Positions 47,002-59,385 of a DNA stretch of 64,000 bases are shown here, one piece after another. Origin of the DNA: Azolla caroliniana (taxonomy: Eukaryota > Plantae > Polypodiophyta); the NCBI GenBank assembly GCA_043228905.1, contig JBHGNT010000021.1:5642001-5706000 (forward strand), written 5' to 3'. The notes under the pieces are model-generated. The model searched no databases. It had not been told where the DNA came from and worked only from the letters and a program-made list of their open reading frames with translations. Numbering within the stretch: the stretch's first letter is position 1; each line of letters starts with the position of its first letter. The position numbers were made by a program, and so were the translations under genes.

Positions 47002-48708
47002 GTAAATTGCATTTGCAAGGTTCAATTACCATCAACACAAATTTAATGGTTTTTTGTTAATCAAGGAATCACACGTTCACCATAAGGTATCTTGTTGTGC
47101 AACATACTTCTTTAAAGTATCGATATGCATCTTTTACTCTTGTAAAAACAGAGATATTAATACAATTCGAGTTCATGTAAACCCTAAACCTCTTTTATTT
47201 GAAAAAAAAGAAGATTTCTAAACATGAACTCCATACATTGTATTGAGTTGATGCAAATAACAGAGTTTTCATCACAGTTCCATACAATGTATCAAATTCA
47301 TGTTCAAAGTTTTTTTCCTAGATTTAAAATAAAAAATAAAAAATAAAAAAGGAGTTTGAGTTGATGAAAAAACCAGAATTTTCACCACAATTCAATACAA
47401 TGTATCCAGTTCATGTTTAAAGTAATTTGTTTTAATTGTTTTCAAAGTTTTTTGATTTTGTTTTATTTATAAAAGAAAATTTTTTGGAAAAAAAACTTTA
47501 AACATGAATTCGATACATTGTATCGACTTGTCATGAAAACTCTAGTTTTTTCATCACTTCAATTTTTTTTCAAAAAACACAAAACCCCAAAATAAATAGA
47601 AAAAAAATTAAAATTGTTTTTTAAAAAACCCCAAAAAAGAACTTTAAACATGAACTCGATACAATGTATCGAGTTCATGTTGGAAAGGAGAGTTTTCAAC
47701 ACGAACTCGATACAATATATCGATTTCATGTTGGAAAGGAGGGTTTTCAACACGAACTTGATCCAATGTATCGAGTTGGTCTTGAAAACTCTGTTTTTCA
47801 ATACGAACTCGATATGATGTATCAAGTGTCAAAAAGCCGAGTTTTTAAACAAGAACTCCATACGATGTATCGAGTTCGTGTTGAAAACTCTGTTTTTAAA
47901 CATGAAAAAGTCAGATTTTCAACTAGAACTCCATACATCGTATTGAGTTCGTGTTGAAAACAGAGCTTTTCTACATGAACTCAATACATCGTATCGAATT
48001 CATGTTGAAAAGTCAACTTTTCAACACGAACTCGATGTATCGAGTTCATGTTTAAAGTTATTTTCTGGGGTTTTTTAAAAAACAATTTATTTTTTCTATT
48101 TATTTTGGGGTTTTTCGTTTTAAAAAAATAAAATTGAAGTGATGAAAAAACCAGAGTTTTCATCACAAGTCGATACAATGTATCGAATTCATGTTTAAAG
48201 ATTTTTTTTCCAAATAAAAGAAAATCAAAAAATCAAAAACAAATAAAAGAATAAAAAAACTTTGAAGAAAATAAAAAATAAACTACTTTAAACATGAACT
48301 ACATACATTATATTGAATTGTGGTGAAAATTTTGGTTTTTTCATCAACTGAAGCGTTATTTTTTTATTTTTTTATTTTTTTAAATTCGGGAAAAGAAACT
48401 TTGAACATGAATTTGATATATTGTATGGAATTGTGTTGAAAACTCTATTTTTTACATCAACTCAATACAATGTATGGAGTTCATGTTTAAAAATCTTCTT
48501 TTTTTTCAAATAAAAGATGTTTAGAATTTACATGAACTCCAAATTGTACTCAAGTCTCTGTTTTTACAAGAGAAAAAGATGCATATTGATGTTGCAAAGA
48601 AGTATGTTGCACAACAAGACACCTTATGGTGAACTTGTGCTTCATTGATTAACAAAAATACATTAATATTTGTGTTGATTGTAATTGAACCTTGGAAATG
48701 ACATTTAC
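47002..48708. mobile_element. Foldback-type element: about 1.7-kb imperfect palindrome with internal palindromic tandem repeats
   Basis: Left arm from GTAAATTGCATTTGCAAGGTTCAATTAC mirrors right arm GTAATTGAACCTTGGAAATGACATTTAC; inner unit AACATGAACTCGATACAATGTATCGAGTTCATGTT. Confidence 0.88.
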
Positions 48709-49469
48709 GTGGTCTATAGAATATTCTCGTGGTTCTTAATCACCACATGTTGATCTTCATAGTTTGGTTCATCTACAACAGAGAAACATTTGTGTGGAAC
48801 TAAGGAGGACAACACGAGCATAACTCAGGTGACAAGGAAACTTGCAAGAACTCAAGGTGGGGATATTAATAGCTACACATGTAGATGGCTATAACCTAGG
48901 ACAATGATTTGATTGGTACATTTGAAAATGAGGAGGAAGAGTCACAATTGTTATTAGCTGTAGTAGAGATTCTCATGAAAGGAATGATGATAGTGATACA
49001 AATAACTCCTAAATGTATTTTTTGTGCAACGATATGTAACAAATTTAGACAACATTTTATCGAATGAAATAAAAAACTTGATTATTTGGGAATCTTTCGC
49101 TTATGATATCGTTAGGATCTAAAATACTACTACTTGTAATTTCTCCTTAAAAATACACAAAGTTACTTTTTGTATTTGGCCAAAATTTGGCATTTTTCAA
49201 TTTTACCAAATGGTGAAATTTTTTAGCTTTTTCATCAAGTTTTGGAGAACATGTGATATTGGTATCAAGGTGTTTTGTGAAATGGCCAAAAAAGCCCCAA
49301 AATCAGATGGAATATTCCTTATCCTTCCATTTGTGCACGATCCTTCCACTTGTGAACGCGAACGTGTTTTGAGTGCAAAATCAGTAAGCGATGTCTATCT
49401 GCAATATTCTTGTACTTGGCTTGAGCTTGAAGTAAAGGATCTTGGCTTGAATTTGTTTGAGTTGTTCAA

Positions 49470-50597
49470 GATTATCCTTGATGGTAGGATTGTTTAAGAC
49501 TTTTGGATATTTGAGCATTGTCTTCTATCTCGGCATAAGTTAGACAGTTGCATGTAAAGTGATACTCATCCTCTATCTCTATGTGACATAACCTACATAG
49601 CCTTTCCTCTCTAGGGACTCTATTAGCATGACCATTCTCAATCTCAAGTTGGTGAGATGATATCCTAAGTTGCCCAATGGCCACCCTTAGTGCATTTGAT
49701 AAGAATGTATCTAGATATTTTGGTCGTGTAATAAAACCTAACTTAGAGAAATGCACGAAGTGTTCCTTATAGTATAACATTTTAGATGGGAGTGGGTTGA
49801 GTGGGGTGATCCATTTATCAGGTATAAATTTGCCATATTTCTTGGCGTATTTCTTTCTTATGCTCTTCATGAGAGATTAAAGTTTGATCAGTCCCATGGT
49901 TGTACTTAAGGGGAGGTAGGTTATTAATGTCTATGCCATTTGGAAGTAACCAACTCACTACATTGCTATACCAAGAGCTAGTGTCTCCGGATGCATATTT
50001 GGATCAAGATGCCTCAAAATCTTGACGTCGTATCTTGTGGTTGGCTATGTATACAATGAATAAAAACTACCACTTGGAAAAGTGCTTCTACTAATATCGG
50101 GGGCAAACTGAACTCTGCTCTAATAATGTCATGTGGTACTATCGTTTTGCTTCGGAGTTGACGTGATAACATCGTCACCAAAGATCTCTCTCTAATTGCG
50201 TCCACATGAAAGGTGGTAGACCTGGAGCCCATACTACTGATGCATACATGAATGAGGGAGTCACTAATGAGTTGAAGAGCCATCACTTAGTCTGTGGCTC
50301 TTGAAAGTATGCATGGTGGCATTGTCTCTCTAAGAGTGAGAGGGATGCATACCCTCTTGTTAGCCTATCTTTGGTTGCCTAGGTCATCGAGAATTTACCT
50401 GAACAAGCACTAAAAGTGACTCCCATATGTACATATGATCCAACTACCTCAATTGGTTTATGAGAGAGGATTACGTGACATTTACTTCTAACTTGAGACG
50501 ATGTATGAAAGATAAGGACTTTAGTTTTCACTAGATTCACCACCAGTCGTCATTGTGTGCAAAAGTCATCTAGGGCATTAAGGTGCTTTTGTAGGTC
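49470..50597 (-). pseudogene. RTEX/L2-like LINE 3' fragment (RT C-terminus plus CCHC-type region)
   Basis: DLQKHLNALDDFC..LVVNLVKTKVLIF; QLRISSHQLEIENG..PREERLCRLCHIEIEDEYHF. Confidence 0.8.
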
Positions 50598-50598
50598 G

Positions 50599-51267
50599 TG
50601 TTCAAACTCCGAGAGCAAAGACGATGTCGTCTGTGTAGAGTAAGAAACGTACTTGCGTAGAGAGAGAAAGGGGATCCATCATTTTGGAGGGAGAAGTGTT
50701 GTCGGTTTGAAATCTGGAGCTCTACCGTTCTCCCTGTTTTCGCTCTATATTGATTCAAAAGGAAGGTGAGCCCTCTACTCGCATTGGAAGCTCGTGTGCT
50801 CCTGACCAGAGTCTCATCATTCCTCTTGTTTGTTTGTTTGTGTGTGTGTGTGTGTGTGCAAAACTCGAAGCTCTATTACCGGCCGAGTCCGGTTGTATTT
50901 TCCCCTATCTTAAGTTAATCGATTATTTGTTGTTTCTATTCTCCTGTATCTTTTGGTTTCTGCTTGTAGTCTTGTCTTTGCACCCCCCTAATTTGTTCGT
51001 GCATACCCGAGTGTGGTAGCCCGTGGGCTCATTATTTGTTATCCGGTGGCAGTTCCGGAACATTGTAAGCGTCTGAGCCCGTGTGCTCATCATCTAGCAT
51101 CCAGAGACTGGTCTCGATCGGATATGTGTCTGTGTTGCGATCCGACGAAGTTACCCGGAAACGATCCGGATAACCTCTCTCACTTTGCTTACTGGCTTCT
51201 TAGTCCGAGACCCTGGTGGTCCTATCCATTTCGACTCATACTCGCGGATATCCCCAACACCGCTACA
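50599..51267 (+). mobile_element. Probable LTR fragment
   Basis: U5-like composition ending GCTACA; truncates the LINE; no TSD. Confidence 0.35.
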
Positions 51268-52488
51268 TAGAATTGAATATACTTGATTCTTTACATGTTG
51301 CAACTCCACCAATCCATTCCTTAGGAAACCCCATTTTCCTCAAAATGGCAGGTGAAAATAACCAATCTACCCATCAGAAGCCTTCTCAAAGTCTACTAAA
51401 AAACAAATAGGTCCTAACATGATTCCATAGCCAATGCAACTACTTCCCAAAAAATAAAAATGTCAACCAAAATAATCCATTGAACCAAATGTGGCAACCT
51501 TATAATTGATTAGCAAAGGTTTTTGCATACATTTTATATATAGGATTTAATAATGTGATTAGATGCCAATTTGCAATATCTTCTAATTGAGCTTCCCTTT
51601 TAGAGATCACAAAAATTAGACCTTCTGATTAATCAATTCGTATATAGCTCACACAAAGATTCCATTAAATGTAGTGGTGACATTAAGTCTAATCCAAGAC
51701 CAATACTTTTCAAAGAACAACTTTGTTAGACCATTACGTAGTTTATATGTGCACAACACCGGAACACATTTATGAATTGATGTCCAGTTCTTCCTCCCCT
51801 CGATGTCATTGGGTCAGTGAGACCTCTATTACACTAAGTGAAATAAGAAACCCAAGGAGGAAGAAGTGTTCTAAACTTTAGTGGCTTTTATAGCATTTTA
51901 GAATGTGGTTGAGATTCTTTCACATTAGGTTGGCCATTTGGTTACAAGCTTTCTAGTAAGATTTCTGATATCCTCTTTTTCCTAGTGTCTTCTTGATCTT
52001 CATGTTAGCATTGTTGTCTTCATAACTTGTGTCATGGATGACATATAGTTAACAACCATCATTGTCACAACATGCATCTTGATTTAACTCTAACAAAGCA
52101 AGAAAATCTCATTTGGCATCATTGGTTGCATCAAAGTTGACAAAATCTTTCACGAGAATAAACACGGAATGCACTCAAGCATATCATTCTTTGCTTGCAA
52201 ATCCTCCATAGAAAAGGATAGTTCTGTCAATAAATTTCTATAAGTCAAGAGCAATGTCGACTCCCACATACCAACATGATCATCAATTAATATACCATCA
52301 TACCACGTTAAATGATGCATTTAGATTCTTGCATATTTTGGCCCATGCATCTTAGATAATTATTTATATCCCTTATCACCAACATTATTCCACATTATTC
52401 CTAAGCTGTTTCGACTTCTACAACAACTTTTCTCAACTCGTTCACAATCCAAGAACATAATGGATACATTTCTAACAACCATTGCAAA

Positions 52489-52887
52489 TAACAATCAGTA
52501 ACGGTTCAGTTTGAACCGAACCGAACCACGAAACTGTGGTTTAATGGTTTAAACAGTTTGGTTTGGTTTCAACAGTTAGAAACTGCGGTTTAATGGTTTT
52601 TTATTTTTTATTTTTTAAAATTAAATCTTTTCATTTTCAAGCCTTATTCTCACATTTTAGGAAAATCGTTAAATTTTTGAAATATTAAAATTTAAAATAA
52701 TGAAATATTTTAAATTTTGAATTTTGACCTACGTTGAAAACCAAAACCGAACCACGAAACCATGGTTTTAACGGTTTAGATTTTTTTAAATGGTTCAGTT
52801 TAATGGTTACGTGGTTCAGTTCAAGTTTCAAAAAATTTTAACGGTTTAGGGTTCGGACTGTGAATGAGTTGTCGTTGCCAATTCTTA
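52489..52887. mobile_element. hAT-type MITE with 8-bp TSD
   Basis: TSD ATTGCAAA at 52481-52488 and 52888-52895; right TIR TTGCCAATTCTTA, left TIR degenerate; AACCG repeats. Confidence 0.8.
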
Positions 52888-52980
52888 ATTGCAAAGAAAG
52901 AAATAAACATCTTGTAAAGAAATGTGCGCGATGTAGGTGATGTTGTGCAGTGGAAGTAAATTGTGTGTGTACGTAAGACA

Positions 52981-53043
<63 letters not shown>

Positions 53044-54407
53044 AGCTTTGAACGAGAAGCTATATTAGTAAAAATAGAATTACATCCAACAATAACTAAG
53101 TTACAAAGAGTTGGTTTAAATACCAACTAGTCTAGGGCAACTGTCCTTTCTACTATTTACAAAACTAGCCTAGTATGTCCTCTAGCTAGTGTGAAACCAT
53201 TTCATTAGGAAGTTGAGATCGATTCTCAACACGCCCCTTCAAACACAACTTATGGATGCCGAAAAGTTGGTTCGGTTCGATCTTTGAAAAACTTCAATTC
53301 GGCTTAATCAGCTTTCGGAAAGTCAATCGGCACATCTTTTACTATTTAGGTGTTGCATGCTCCTTGTTCGGCTCTATTATCATCGTACTTCGACTCCTCT
53401 TCTGTTCAGTTATAATTGTTTTTTGGTGCTCCCCCTCATGTGTGGCTGGTCGGTGACCGACATACCAAGGTTCGTCGTGAATTGCCGCAACTTGTCGATA
53501 CCCAGGACTTTTATGAAGATGTGGGCAACCTGAAGAGTCATGTTGATGTGTTGTAAATTGACATCTCCAGCTTGAACGCACTCTCAGATGAAGTGATAGT
53601 GCACTTTGATATGCTTAGTCCTTGTGTGGAACACGGGGTTCCGAGCCAAGTAGATAGTGCTCATGTTGTCGCAATATAGGAGAATTGGATCTTTGATGGG
53701 AACGCCAAAATCCTGCAATATGCGCTTCAACCAGACGGCCTCACATGTGGCGACTCCCGCGCCCCTGTATTCGGCCTCTGTGCTCGACAATGCAAGTGTC
53801 GGCTGCTTCTTATTACTCCAAGAGATCGTGCCGCTACCGAGAGAGAAGAAGAATCCTAAAGTTGATCGTCGATCGGCCCAGTCCGCATCTATGTACCCTT
53901 CAAGTTGAATAATCGTGTCGAACTTATACATGATACCATAATCCATTGTCCCACAAACGTACTTAAGTACCCTCTTAGCACAATTGGGATGGATGTCTTG
54001 AGGTTTTTGCATAAATTGGCTAAGTAGACCGATCGAGTAGCAGAGGTCGGGTCATGTGATGGTAAGGTAGATTAAGCTATCGATTAGTTGATGATACTGA
54101 GTCGGCTCGCAATCTTCTATTCGCGAATCGGCATTGAGTTTGAGGTTTCGATCGAGAGGGGTAGACACAGGTTTGCACTCAGTCATCCCGAACTTGTAGA
54201 GTAAGTTGAGAATGTAGTGCCATTGAGAGATCAATATCCTAATTGGTGTCCGAATTACTTCGATAACAAGGAAGTAATGGAGCTCGTGCATATCTTTCAT
54301 TTTGAATCTACCAGATAGGAGTGGTTTTACCTTAGTAATGTCGGTTAGATCCTTTCCTCCATGACAAGATCATCCATGTACAAGATGATGAAAATCAGGT
54401 TGATTGA

Positions 54408-54953
54408 TGTTAGGATCTCGGTCCCTCCGGATGGGATGATGAAGGCCCGGTGAGAACCTCTCACCGAATGAAGAGACATATATGGAAATATGTTTCTGAG
54501 AGCCCATTGGGGCTACATCTGTAAATAGCCCAAAAGTCATATTAGTATAAATATGACCTAGGGTAAACAGAGTAGATAGCGTTGGTCATTATTTTGTATA
54601 GAGTTATTGGTGTAACTGTTGTACAGTGCGTAACAATGAGAGAGAGAGAGAGAGAGATACAACGCAATTCTTTGTTGTAACCACCACCAAGCGAAGAGTA
54701 TGAGCACGAGGTCGTTGACTCTATGCCACTATGTTGTATTCTTTGATATAGTGATAGTTCGGAGTTTGTGGGCTCCCGTGGTTTTTCCCCCTCTCAAGGT
54801 TTTCCACGTTAACATCTTGTGTACCAATTTCTTTCTGTGTGTTTCGTGTATACGTACATCTATCTCCTTATTCCCATCTCTGTGATTGTGATTCTTAACA
54901 AACTGATAGTAAGACTCGGTTGTGGCCGAGCATTATTCCGCATATTCTCTTCA
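54408..54953 (+). mobile_element. Solo LTR inserted in the copia RT
   Basis: TG..CA ends; 5-bp TSD ATTGA (54403-54407 / 54954-54958); highly similar to 21772-22341. Confidence 0.92.
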
Positions 54954-55549
54954 ATTGACTCATTTTTTTATGTAGAGGGAGTTGTTCGATTTTGACATTC
55001 AGAAGCCGATTTGGTGAAGATATTGGGTGATCTTCGAATGCCAAAGCATGTGGTGCTTCCTTGAGTCGATACATTGGCTTCTTGAGTCGGCAGACTGCTT
55101 TAGGGTGTTTGCTCGATTCGAAACCAGGTGGTTGAATCATGAAGATATCCTCTTCTAATTCGCCTTGTAGGAAGGTGCCATCCTTTTGCAGCGGCGAGAG
55201 CAATGACTGTCCGAACAATCATCATCTTTGCCACCAGGGCAAAGGTCTCCTCATAATCGACTCCATGTGTTTGAGCATATCCCTTAGCGACGAGTCGTGC
55301 CTTGTAGCGATATACCGAACCGTCAACATTATATTTTACCTTGAACCTCCTTCTATAGTAGATCGCTTTCTAATGTGGAGAAAAGGAAATGGGATCCCAT
55401 GTCTCATTTTTACAAAGTGCCTGCATTTCCTCATTCATTGCTTCAATCCATCGTGGATCCTTGGCCGCCTCAAAAAATGTTTTCGGTTCTCGGATGGTCA
55501 CCACCTTCATCATAAAGGCATAATGATATGTTATAATATACTCATCATA

Positions 55550-57178
55550 GCTGAATCGACTAACTGGGTTTTTCTCTCGGGTGGAGCGACATAGTTTCTC
55601 ATTTGCAGAGACTAAGTATTTCATTGGTCTATTCGTCTTGATGATTGTATGTTCAGGCCTTCGAACTCAATGTCAAGGGAGTGAGTTGACTCGTTGTCCA
55701 TCAGATCTTTGTATTCCGACATTTTGGCCTTTCCTTTGTCTAGCCCAATACTTGGCCGAGATGTGCTTTGGTAACTTGAGGGCGCGTGAGGTCTGCTCAG
55801 CCTTGTCGTAATCAGACTTTCGTCGTACATCTGACAGAGTCGATCGTCGTTCTCTAGCTCTTGGTCGGCTGAATATGGGCCGATTGTTGTTGGAATCGGA
55901 GTCGTCTCTGGTTCGTACCAAGATGCACATAGGGAATATGCACATAGGCGATTGAGCCGAATATCCGAACATGGAATAAATACGACTTCTTTTCGAAGAA
56001 CTCCTCGTAAGGGGTTACTTCGTGTACCCCAAAGGTTGTACATCAATTCATGAGATAGATGGTTGTGTTAGCTACTTCTGCCCAGTATGATTTCGGCAGG
56101 TTCTTCTCATTCGTCATTGCCCTTGCCACCTCTACTATGCTCTAACTCTTTCATTCGGCTACTCCGTTTTGCTGAGGCGTGTGTCGGCACGAGAATTCTC
56201 GTCGAATTCCTTCTTTTCAGAGATACACTTTAAAATCGTCCGACAAATACTCCTTGCCACCATTTGATCGAGGGCATCGGACATGCCGACTTGTGGCTGA
56301 ATCAACTAACTGGGTTTTTCTCTCGGGTGGAGCAACAGAGTTTCTCGTTTGAAGAGACTAAGTATTTCATTGTTCTATTCGTCTTGATGATTGTATGTTC
56401 AGGCCTTCGAATTCACTGTCAAGGGAGTGAGTTGACTCATTGTCCATCAGATCTTTGTATTTCGACATTTTGGCCTTTCCTTTGTCTAGCCCAATACTCG
56501 GCCGAGATGTGCTTTGGTAACTTGAGGGCACTTGAGGTCCGCTCAGCCTTGTCGTAATCAGACTTTCGTCGTACATCTGACAGAGTCGATCGTCGTTCTC
56601 TAGCTCTTGGTCGGCTGAATATGCGTCGATTGTTGTTGGAATCAGAGTCATCTCTGGTTCGTACCAAGATGCTGACTCGTCGAAAATGACGTCTCGACTC
56701 ACCTAAACTTTTAGGGTGGATGGATTGTAACATTTGTACCCCTTTTGTTCGAGTGAGTACCCTACGAGGATAAAATTCTCGGACTTCGGGTCAGGATTTT
56801 GTCGCTTCTCATGGGGAATATGCACATAGGCGATTGAGCTGAATATCCGAATATGGAATAAATCCGGCTTCTTTCCGAAGAACTCCTCGTAAGGGGTTAC
56901 GTCGTGTACCCCAAAGGTTGCACATCAATTCATGAGATAGACGGTTATGTTAGCTACTTCTGCCCAGTACGATTTCGGCAGGTTCTTCTCATTCGTCATT
57001 GCCCTTGCCACCTCTACTATGTTCTAACTCTTTCGTTCGGCCACTCCGTTTTGCTGAGGCGTGTGTCGGCACGAGAATTCTCGTCGAATTCCTTCTTTTC
57101 AGAGATACACCGTAAAATCGTCCAACAAATACTCCTTGCCTCCATTTGATCGAAGGCATCGGACATGCCAACTTGTGG
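55550..57178. repeat. Internal tandem duplication in copia pol (A-B-A'-C-B')
   Basis: About 55550-55926 matches 56297-56672, and about 55932-56299 matches 56814-57178. Confidence 0.9.
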
Positions 57179-57803
57179 CTTTTTCGACTTCGTTTTTAAA
57201 CTTTGGAAGTGTCTGAACACTTCACTCTTTTGCCGCATAGGATAGTGTTGCGATATCAAGCTCAACGTAATTTAGCTATTTAGTCAACAATGTAACTTCG
57301 TAGTTACATAAACTAGAATCTAGTTAGAAGTGTTGACCTTAAAGCCTTAAATAGGATTTTGTACTTGAGTGGGATACATTGTATGAAAAAGGGTCATGAG
57401 GTGAGCGTGTGTGATTAGGGGAAACACACTCGACCCGATGCACAAGAATAATTATTACCATAATCGATGGCTCAAGAGAAGGGAGAGTGGGAGATACATC
57501 GCAATATGCAAAAGGCCCATGAGTTGAGCGTGTGCGATTAGTGCAAACACACTCGGCCCCATGCACAATAATAATTAAAATCGTAGCATGGTAGAAAGTA
57601 GAAAGAAAGAAAATAAAACGTAATACAAATTTGATTCGACCAAGAAGAACGCATCATAGAAAAGAAAAGAGAGATTGATAAAGAAGAATACCGGGTTAAG
57701 AATGTTGTTTCGATCCTGTGAAGAGCAAGACGAGCCTTGTTAGATCCCCATTGCTCACACGCAAAAAACATAAAAAAAACAACAAAAAAAAAAGTTAGTA
57801 AAT

Positions 57804-58274
57804 GCTCTGATACCACTATTAAGAGTCTATTACTAATCAATAGACCAAAGTAAAGTAAAAGAAGGAAAATAGAATGGATAGAAGAACCCATTCCACCCGA
57901 CCACCCCCGAGCTATGATCTAGACATAGCCAACCTACCATTGACGTCCCATACCGCTGGATATTAGGATGACTAATACCTTGGAAGAGAAAAACAAGATT
58001 GTTGACACGAAAGCCTAGCCCGCACCACCAGTGTCTAAGACAGCATCCTTCCGACGTAATGTGGTTATGAGGGTAGCTAAGCCTCATATTTATACTTTTT
58101 CCTAAGCCCCTTGAATAGATGTGTCATTCTAAAAGGGTCTCCATTCATTGGTTGCCCAAATCATGATAGTGCATGCGCCTATCATTCCTTCTATCCAATC
58201 ACATTAGCCCCTTTTTAACATTAGTGAACATACCCTTCACTAATGTAAATATTAGCGACCTACCCTCACCAACG
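57804..58274 (-). mobile_element. Nested 5' LTR plus tRNA-iMet PBS of another LTR element
   Basis: GCTCTGATACCA at 57804-57815 next to an LTR related to 41192-41650. Confidence 0.75.
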
Positions 58275-59385
58275 TTATGTGTACATAACATGTAAGCTTT
58301 TGGAAATTGATGTGACCAATTCACTTGTGCCACAGTTTCAAGTCAATTTCGACTTTGAGGCCTTTTGCAAACATAGCCGACTTCACCTCATTCAACTCGA
58401 GAATGAACATCTAGCCTTCTCTTCGACTGTGAGCTACCAGTCGGCCTTCTTTCTCAATAAAGCACCCTTCATTATTGAATCGTACTTGCATGCCTTGTTC
58501 AACAATCTGGCCTACCGAGACCAAGTTTTTCATGATGGTTGGGATAGGTTTGTTTGCCATCATATTCCCGAATGGGACATTTCTGATATGCCAAATCGAG
58601 TGAGTTGTGTCGTCTCCGGTTTCGACATAGCCAGGTAGATCGGGCTTTCTCAACTCTCGGAACCAATCTTCATGAGGCGTCATATGATTGGATGCTCCTG
58701 AATTGACAAACCATACATTATCGGATGAGGAGGTACTTGTTTGGCCTTGTGCCGACATTGAATGTGCTTTATGCCTCATCATGAACATACCGCCGTGATC
58801 GTCGTAATCAGAATTTGTAGCATAGTTAGTGAGTTGTCAGCTAGTCGAGGCCGACTCTCATTTTTTCTTTCGGCACTTATCTTCATAGTGGCCGAGTTTT
58901 CCACAATATCCGCATTTGATCAGGTTTTTTTGGTGGCTCGGTCTGGTAGGATGGCTCCCTCTTCTGTCGAACTCCCTAGGAGTGTTTCTGGCCTCTTGCA
59001 AATGATGGGAATTGCATTCTCGGGTCAGCTGACCCTGTCGGCCTCGGCCGAATTGGCCTCTGTTTCCTCAGCCAAATCCTCTTCCATCATCCAACTAGGA
59101 GTAGAGCATCTGACCATTGGGTGCATTGCTCCTTTGTCGGGCACAATTTTCTTTCACCAATAGTATTGACTGAATGTCGAAAAAGGGAGTATTCTCCCTT
59201 GCGAGAATGGCCGATCTAATCGTGTCAAATCATGGTGCTCAGCCACCGAGGCATATTTGCACCATTTCATCATCGTCGATTATGACATTGATCGAACCGA
59301 GGGCATCACACAGTTCTTTGATCTTCAAGGTATAGCTGGTGATCGACATGTCCCTCTGTTGTATATTGTTTAACTCTTGCTATAG

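Larger units (their letters stand above)
52900..59360 (-). mobile_element. Degenerate Ty1/copia retrotransposon (gag, protease, integrase, RT, RNase H, 3' LTR), related to 1754-5007
   Basis: Zn knuckle CGYCGKLGHYEDKC; protease WFVNSGASNHMT; STSRPS..KGKAKM linker shared with 2052-2306; RNase H LSSTEAEY..YCDNMS..HTRTKHI; PPT TTGAAGGGGCG before LTR start at 53231. Confidence 0.93.

Noticed and set aside
47559-48178. ORFs with repeated NSI.CIEF peptides
   Set aside because: Translations of the palindromic unit of the foldback element
51650-52480. Possible DNA transposase remnant on the minus strand (also 20280-20700, 36600-37000)
   Set aside because: Only faint motif hints; cannot be supported without a profile search
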